From assembly GCA_964242885.1 (NCBI GenBank), contig CAXTBU010000001.1, positions 22,454-86,453 of the forward strand: a stretch of 64,000 bases of DNA. The letters are read 5' to 3'. The DNA comes from an uncultured Actinomycetales bacterium (lineage in GTDB: Bacteria; Actinomycetota; Actinomycetes; CAXTBU01). The notes under the pieces are model-generated. The model saw nothing but the letters and a program-made list of their open reading frames with translations. It made no database searches and was not told where the DNA came from. The position numbers were made by a program, and so were the translations under genes. Positions 60,275 through 64,000 of the stretch are shown here, one piece after another. The first letter of the stretch is position 1. Each line of letters begins with the position of its first letter.

Positions 60275-61161
60275 TGCCGACCGCTTGCCTCGACGTCCCG
60301 CCGGCGCCCCGTCCTGCGGTCGAGCGCGACAGCCGCCACGACCGCGAGCAGGAAACCGGCCACGAGGCCGCCCAACCCGTACCGGCCGTAGGTGCTGTTC
60401 CGGTTGTTGCCGAGGACAGTCGCCCCCTGGACGTCCTTCAGGCCGGCAGCGAGGGGCTGGTTCGTGATGGCCTCGGTGTACTGGGACCGCAGCGTCGCCT
60501 GTTGGAGCTGCACGGCGGACACCTGGACCGCGCGGTTCTGGATCGCCGACCGCAGACCCGGTGCTCGCGGTGCCTGCGACCGCAGCGTCTCCGCCCGGGT
60601 CAGCGCGAGCCGGTCCGCGTCCTGGGCCGTCTGTAGCTGAGCGAGCTGGGCCGAGACCTTGTTGTAGGCCGCGAAGTAGTTGTCGGCGGTCGCGTTCGTC
60701 CGGGTCGGCGCGTTCGCCTGGGCCTTCAGCTGGTTCGCCGCCAGCCCGGCGGCGGCCAGGGCGGTCTGCCGGGTCGTGGCCTGGACCTGGACCGACACCA
60801 GGCCGGTCTCCGGCACCGGTGACCCGGTCATCGACACGACCTCACCGGCACGACCGCCGAGGCTGGCGTTCAGTGCCGTCCGCGCCTGCGGCAGCCCGAC
60901 GAAGTGGGCGTAGGTCCCGGCCAACTGGTTCGCCGCGTAGGCGTACCCGGGGACCTGGTAGTCCTTCAGGTCCTGACTTCCGACGATCAGCCGGGTCTCG
61001 GCGGTGGTGATCTCGGGCCGGGTCGACGCGAAGGCGAGCCCGGCGACGAGGCCGAGCAGGGTCAGCAGTGCGGCAACCACCCAGTGGCGGCCGACCGATC
61101 GAAGCGGCGTTGGTGCCTCTTCCAGGACTTCCGATCGCGTCGGTTCGGTCAAGGTCGACAA
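60271..61161 (-). CDS. Wzz-like chain-length determinant (polysaccharide co-polymerase, no kinase domain)
   Basis: TM (HWVVAALLTLLGLVAGLAF), periplasmic coiled-coil-like region, C-terminal TM (GLGGLVAGFLLAVVAAVALD) then RRTGRRR; proposed TTG start 61161 after GGGGAG. The upstream part of the 725-aa track ORF is rejected. Confidence 0.55.
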   Translation of the reverse strand: MSTLTEPTRSEVLEEAPTPLRSVGRHWVVAALLTLLGLVAGLAFASTRPEITTAETRLIVGSQDLKDYQVPGYAYAANQLAGTYAHFVGLPQARTALNASLGGRAGEVVSMTGSPVPETGLVSVQVQATTRQTALAAAGLAANQLKAQANAPTRTNATADNYFAAYNKVSAQLAQLQTAQDADRLALTRAETLRSQAPRAPGLRSAIQNRAVQVSAVQLQQATLRSQYTEAITNQPLAAGLKDVQGATVLGNNRNSTYGRYGLGGLVAGFLLAVVAAVALDRRTGRRRDVEASGRQ

Positions 61162-61307
61162 GGTTCGCTCCCCGTGCAGTGGATCCGGACGCGCGCACGT
61201 TCGCGCGGAGGACGTGGCGTCCCCTCCGTCGGGGCGTCGCCATGTTAAGCGCTGACGCGTCCAGATCGCCGTGGGTGGAGTCCACGACAGCCGTCGACGA
61301 GGCTCGG

Positions 61308-62589
61308 TCAGCTCGCCGCGGACCGGAGCGAGGTCTTCTCGAACAGGCTGAGCAGCACCTGGGCGTTGGGTCCGGCGGTGAAGCTCCGTTGGACCGTCCG
61401 CCGCCCGGCGCGGCCGAGGGCCGCACGGCGGTCGGCGTCCCCGGCGAGCTCCCGCAGGACCGCGGCCAGCCCGTCGGGGTCTCCCGGATCGACGAAACGC
61501 CCGGACGTCCGGTCGGTGACCAACTCGGGGATCCCGGCGACCGCGGTCGTGACGACCGGCAGCTCGCTGGCCATCGCCTCCATCAGCACCACGGGTACCC
61601 CCTCGCGCGAGCTCGGCAGGCAGAAGACATCCGCCCACCGGTACAGGTCCGGCAGCTCGTCCTGTCCGCGACCGCCCAGCAGCTCGACCTGCGCGGACAG
61701 CCCTCGGCCGCGGACGAGGGCCGCCAGGTCGCCGGCCAGCGGGCCGGCACCGACGACCTTGGCGACGAACGGGAGCCCCAGGCGGGCCAGGGCTTCGAGC
61801 AGGACGTCCGGGCCCTTCTCCTCCACCAGCCGGCCGACGAACAGGACCCGGAGCGGACCGGCCGGCCTCGCCCGGCGCTCGTCCGCCGCCGCGGGGAAGC
61901 GGTCGACGTCGACACCCATGTGGACGATCGCCAACCGGGGCCGCTGCTGCGGCGGCAGGTACCCGGCCAATCGGTCCCGCGCGTACTCGCTGATGCATGC
62001 GACGAAGGCGGCGTCGCGCGTCTTGCCGGACAGGTCGTGGGCCTCGGGCGACTCGAACTCGGTCGGACCGTGCATGGAGAAGCTCCACGTCCACGGCTCC
62101 GGGTCGTGCTCGGTGCGCAGGCCGTTGCCCAGCACGCACGCCAACCGCGCCACGTCCGCACCGTTGTTCGCGAAGTGCACGTGGACGTGTCGCAGACCGG
62201 CGGCCCGCATCGCCGCCACCAGGCGGACCGCCTCGACGAGGTAGAACGCCTGCCAGATCCGGGCCCGCGGTCCACCCCGGCCGGCACTGACCGCAGCACC
62301 GACCGCGGCCACCAGCGACGCCGGTCCGGCCGAACGCCCGTACCAGGCCAGGCCCCGCAGGTAGGACGCCCGGGACTCGCCGAGCAGCGCGGTGGTCCGA
62401 ACGGCCTCCCGCCGCATCTCGGCGGACAGCAGTTCCGCCGGCGGACACCGGCGGACGGTGAACGTCCTCACCTCCGCGCCGGCCTCCCGGAGAGCAAGCA
62501 CCTCACGCTCGATGAACGCGTGCGAGAGAGCCGGGTACTGACTGACCAGGTACGCGACGCGGACGCCCCCGGGTCGGCCCATCGGCATC
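61308..62589 (-). CDS. Glycosyltransferase family 4
   Basis: MPMGRPGGVRVAYLVSQYPALSHAFIEREV...RVLFVGRLVEEKGPDVLLEA...SSREGVPVVLMEAMASELPVVTTAVAGIPELV (EX7E). Start ATG ~62587-62589. Confidence 0.8.
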
Positions 62590-63388
62590 AGGCCGGACGC
62601 GCGGACCACCGACGGCGGGCGGCGCGGGCGAACATCGTCGCCGCGTAAGGGAGGTCGTGCACGAGGTAGCGCTCGGCGAGCCGCGTCGGCTCCGACACCA
62701 GGCGGTGGAGCCACTCGAGGCCAACGCGCTGCAGCCACACCGGTGCCCGGTCCACGACGCCGGCGACCATGGCCAGCGAACCCCCACAGCCCACGAACCA
62801 CGTTCGCGGGAACTGTTCGAGCAGGTCGAGGATCAGCAGTTCCTGTCGGGGGAAGCCGAGACCCACGAACACCAGCTGGGGATCGTCCCGGCGGATCGCC
62901 GCCGCGATCGCTGCGCTGGCGTCTGCGTCGGTCTCGTAACCGAACGGCGGGAAGTGCCAGGTGACCGGAGGCAGGCCGGCGATCTCGGACGACAGGCGGG
63001 CTGCTGCCTTCTCCGCGATGCCCTCTGCACCGCCCAGCAGCATGACCCGGCGGCCGCGGGCACCGGCCGCTGCCGACAGCGACCAGATCAGCGAGGAGCC
63101 GGTGACCCGCTCGGGCAGCGGCTGCGCGGCGATCCGGCTGGCCCAGATGACCGGCATGCCGTCCGCCACCACCAGGTCCGCCTGGTCGACGACCGGGCGC
63201 AACTCCGGTCGTTGCAACTGCCGGAGGATGTCGACGTTGGGGGTGACGACGTAACCGCCACGGGTCCCGTCCAGGGCGCGGCCGACGTGGTCGACGACCT
63301 GTGGCTCGGTGACGGCGTGGAACGGGACGCCGTCGACGTGCACGGTCGAAGGACGCCCGGAGGCGGGCCGGTCGGCGAGGGTTGTCAC
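62588..63388 (-). CDS. WecB/TagA/CpsF family glycosyltransferase (GT26; ManNAc/ManNAcA-type transferase)
   Basis: VDGVPFHAVTEPQVVDHV...GYVVTPNVDILRQ...LVVADGMPVIWASRI...VFVGLGFPRQELLI (family pattern). GTG start 63386-63388. Confidence 0.7.
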   Translation of the reverse strand: MTTLADRPASGRPSTVHVDGVPFHAVTEPQVVDHVGRALDGTRGGYVVTPNVDILRQLQRPELRPVVDQADLVVADGMPVIWASRIAAQPLPERVTGSSLIWSLSAAAGARGRRVMLLGGAEGIAEKAAARLSSEIAGLPPVTWHFPPFGYETDADASAAIAAAIRRDDPQLVFVGLGFPRQELLILDLLEQFPRTWFVGCGGSLAMVAGVVDRAPVWLQRVGLEWLHRLVSEPTRLAERYLVHDLPYAATMFARAARRRWSARPA

Positions 63389-63511
63389 AAGGGGCCAATC
63401 TCCGGGTCGAACGCTGATGAAGCGTTGCGACCGCGCCGGGGACGGGCCCGCCGGGGCCCGACCTTCCCGCGGTCGCCGCCGACGTTGGCTCGCTCACCAT
63501 AGCCCAGCAGG

Positions 63512-63994
63512 TCAGCCCGGTCGACGCGTGGTCTGGTCCCGGAGCCAGCCCGTCGGCCGCCCACCGGTGCGTCGAGCACGAACCCGCGCCGCAGCGGTCA
63601 CCCCCGCGTACACCAGCACGAGCGGACCGGTCCGTGGTGACGACCGCGCCAGCTGGACGAGCGCCGCTGCCGTGGAGGTGGTGGTCGGGGCCGCGGCGCC
63701 ACTCGTCGAGTGGACGGCGAGCTCACGGTTTCCCGCGGCGACCCGAGTCCGTACCCGGACGAGTGAGGACAGTGATCGAGGCACCTGCACCGTGAACGAC
63801 CCGTCGACCACGACCCGCTCGTCGGGCTCGAACAGACGCTGGACGAAGAGGTCGTCGGCGGTCAGTTCCGGGAACCTGTCGAACCGCTCGCGGCCGGCAC
63901 GGGACAGCCCGTAGACGCCGGTTCCCGTCATCGCATCGGCCGCGTAGGGCAGCTGGCGGAACACCCGGTAGAAGGCGCGGACCGACCACGCCGC
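63512..63994 (-). CDS. Partial CDS (C-terminal fragment; reading frame open to window edge), probably another glycan-biosynthesis enzyme
   Basis: Frame ...DGAAWSVRAFYRVFRQLPYAADAMTGTGVYGLSRAGRERFDRFPELTADDLFVQRLFEP... has no stop back to the sequence end. Family not recognised. Confidence 0.35.
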   Translation of the reverse strand, partial: AAWSVRAFYRVFRQLPYAADAMTGTGVYGLSRAGRERFDRFPELTADDLFVQRLFEPDERVVVDGSFTVQVPRSLSSLVRVRTRVAAGNRELAVHSTSGAAAPTTTSTAAALVQLARSSPRTGPLVLVYAGVTAAARVRARRTGGRPTGWLRDQTTRRPG

Positions 63995-64000
63995 CCCGTC

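Overview
This is a high-GC actinobacterial chromosomal segment, well above 70% GC by eye (not computed). Because of the GC content most long six-frame ORFs are artefacts, so I called genes only where the translation shows recognisable family motifs, and I placed starts using RBS-like GGAGG/GAGGAG motifs and the 4-nt ATGA/GTGA stop-start overlaps that recur throughout.

The left ~37 kb is conserved core. Its gene order recalls the Mycobacterium tuberculosis Rv1080c-Rv1112 neighbourhood. In window order it holds:
- a 5-gene peptide ABC transporter operon (minus strand)
- NUDIX hydrolase, cold-shock protein with a long 5'UTR and a GNRA-loop terminator, a DsrE-like protein, and an HD-GYP/LuxR regulator
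- ychF, rmuC, ispH, xseA, xseB, a DUF4245 protein, an IclR regulator, and two tandem DUF1707 genes
- fumC, a standalone YcaO-domain protein, phoH2 (PIN+PhoH), a Z-prenyl diphosphate synthase, hemolysin III, and a YyaL-like thioredoxin-domain protein
- a small membrane protein, mca, a DUF4307 protein, greA, dcd, a Clp_N-domain protein, ilvA, and a ChlI-like AAA+ / VWA protein pair

From ~37.4 kb to the window end (and continuing past it) lies a dense, mostly minus-strand glycan assembly island:
- a GT-C/GT39-like membrane transferase and two tandem acyltransferase-3 genes
- a GT-A-fold hypothetical, a polysaccharide pyruvyl transferase, three GT4, four GT2 and two GT14 (core-2/I-branching) enzymes
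- two LbH acetyltransferases, a Wzx flippase, a Wzz-like co-polymerase, an O-antigen-ligase (Wzy_C) family protein, and a WecB/TagA (GT26) transferase

The island is interrupted by two plus-strand secreted proteins: a Pro/Ser/Thr-rich lipoprotein and a YVTN beta-propeller + DUF11 protein. A diverged 3-gene module (LbH acetyltransferase, GT2, GT14) occurs twice.

I propose, as a hypothesis only, that this island is a Wzx/Wzy_C-dependent surface-glycoprotein O-glycosylation or secondary cell-wall polymer locus. I recognised no rRNA, tRNA, CRISPR array, transposase or integrase.

Short in-frame tandem repeats of 12-21 bp sit at the 5' ends of several genes (ispH/xseA, xseB, phoH2, DUF4307, ilvA).
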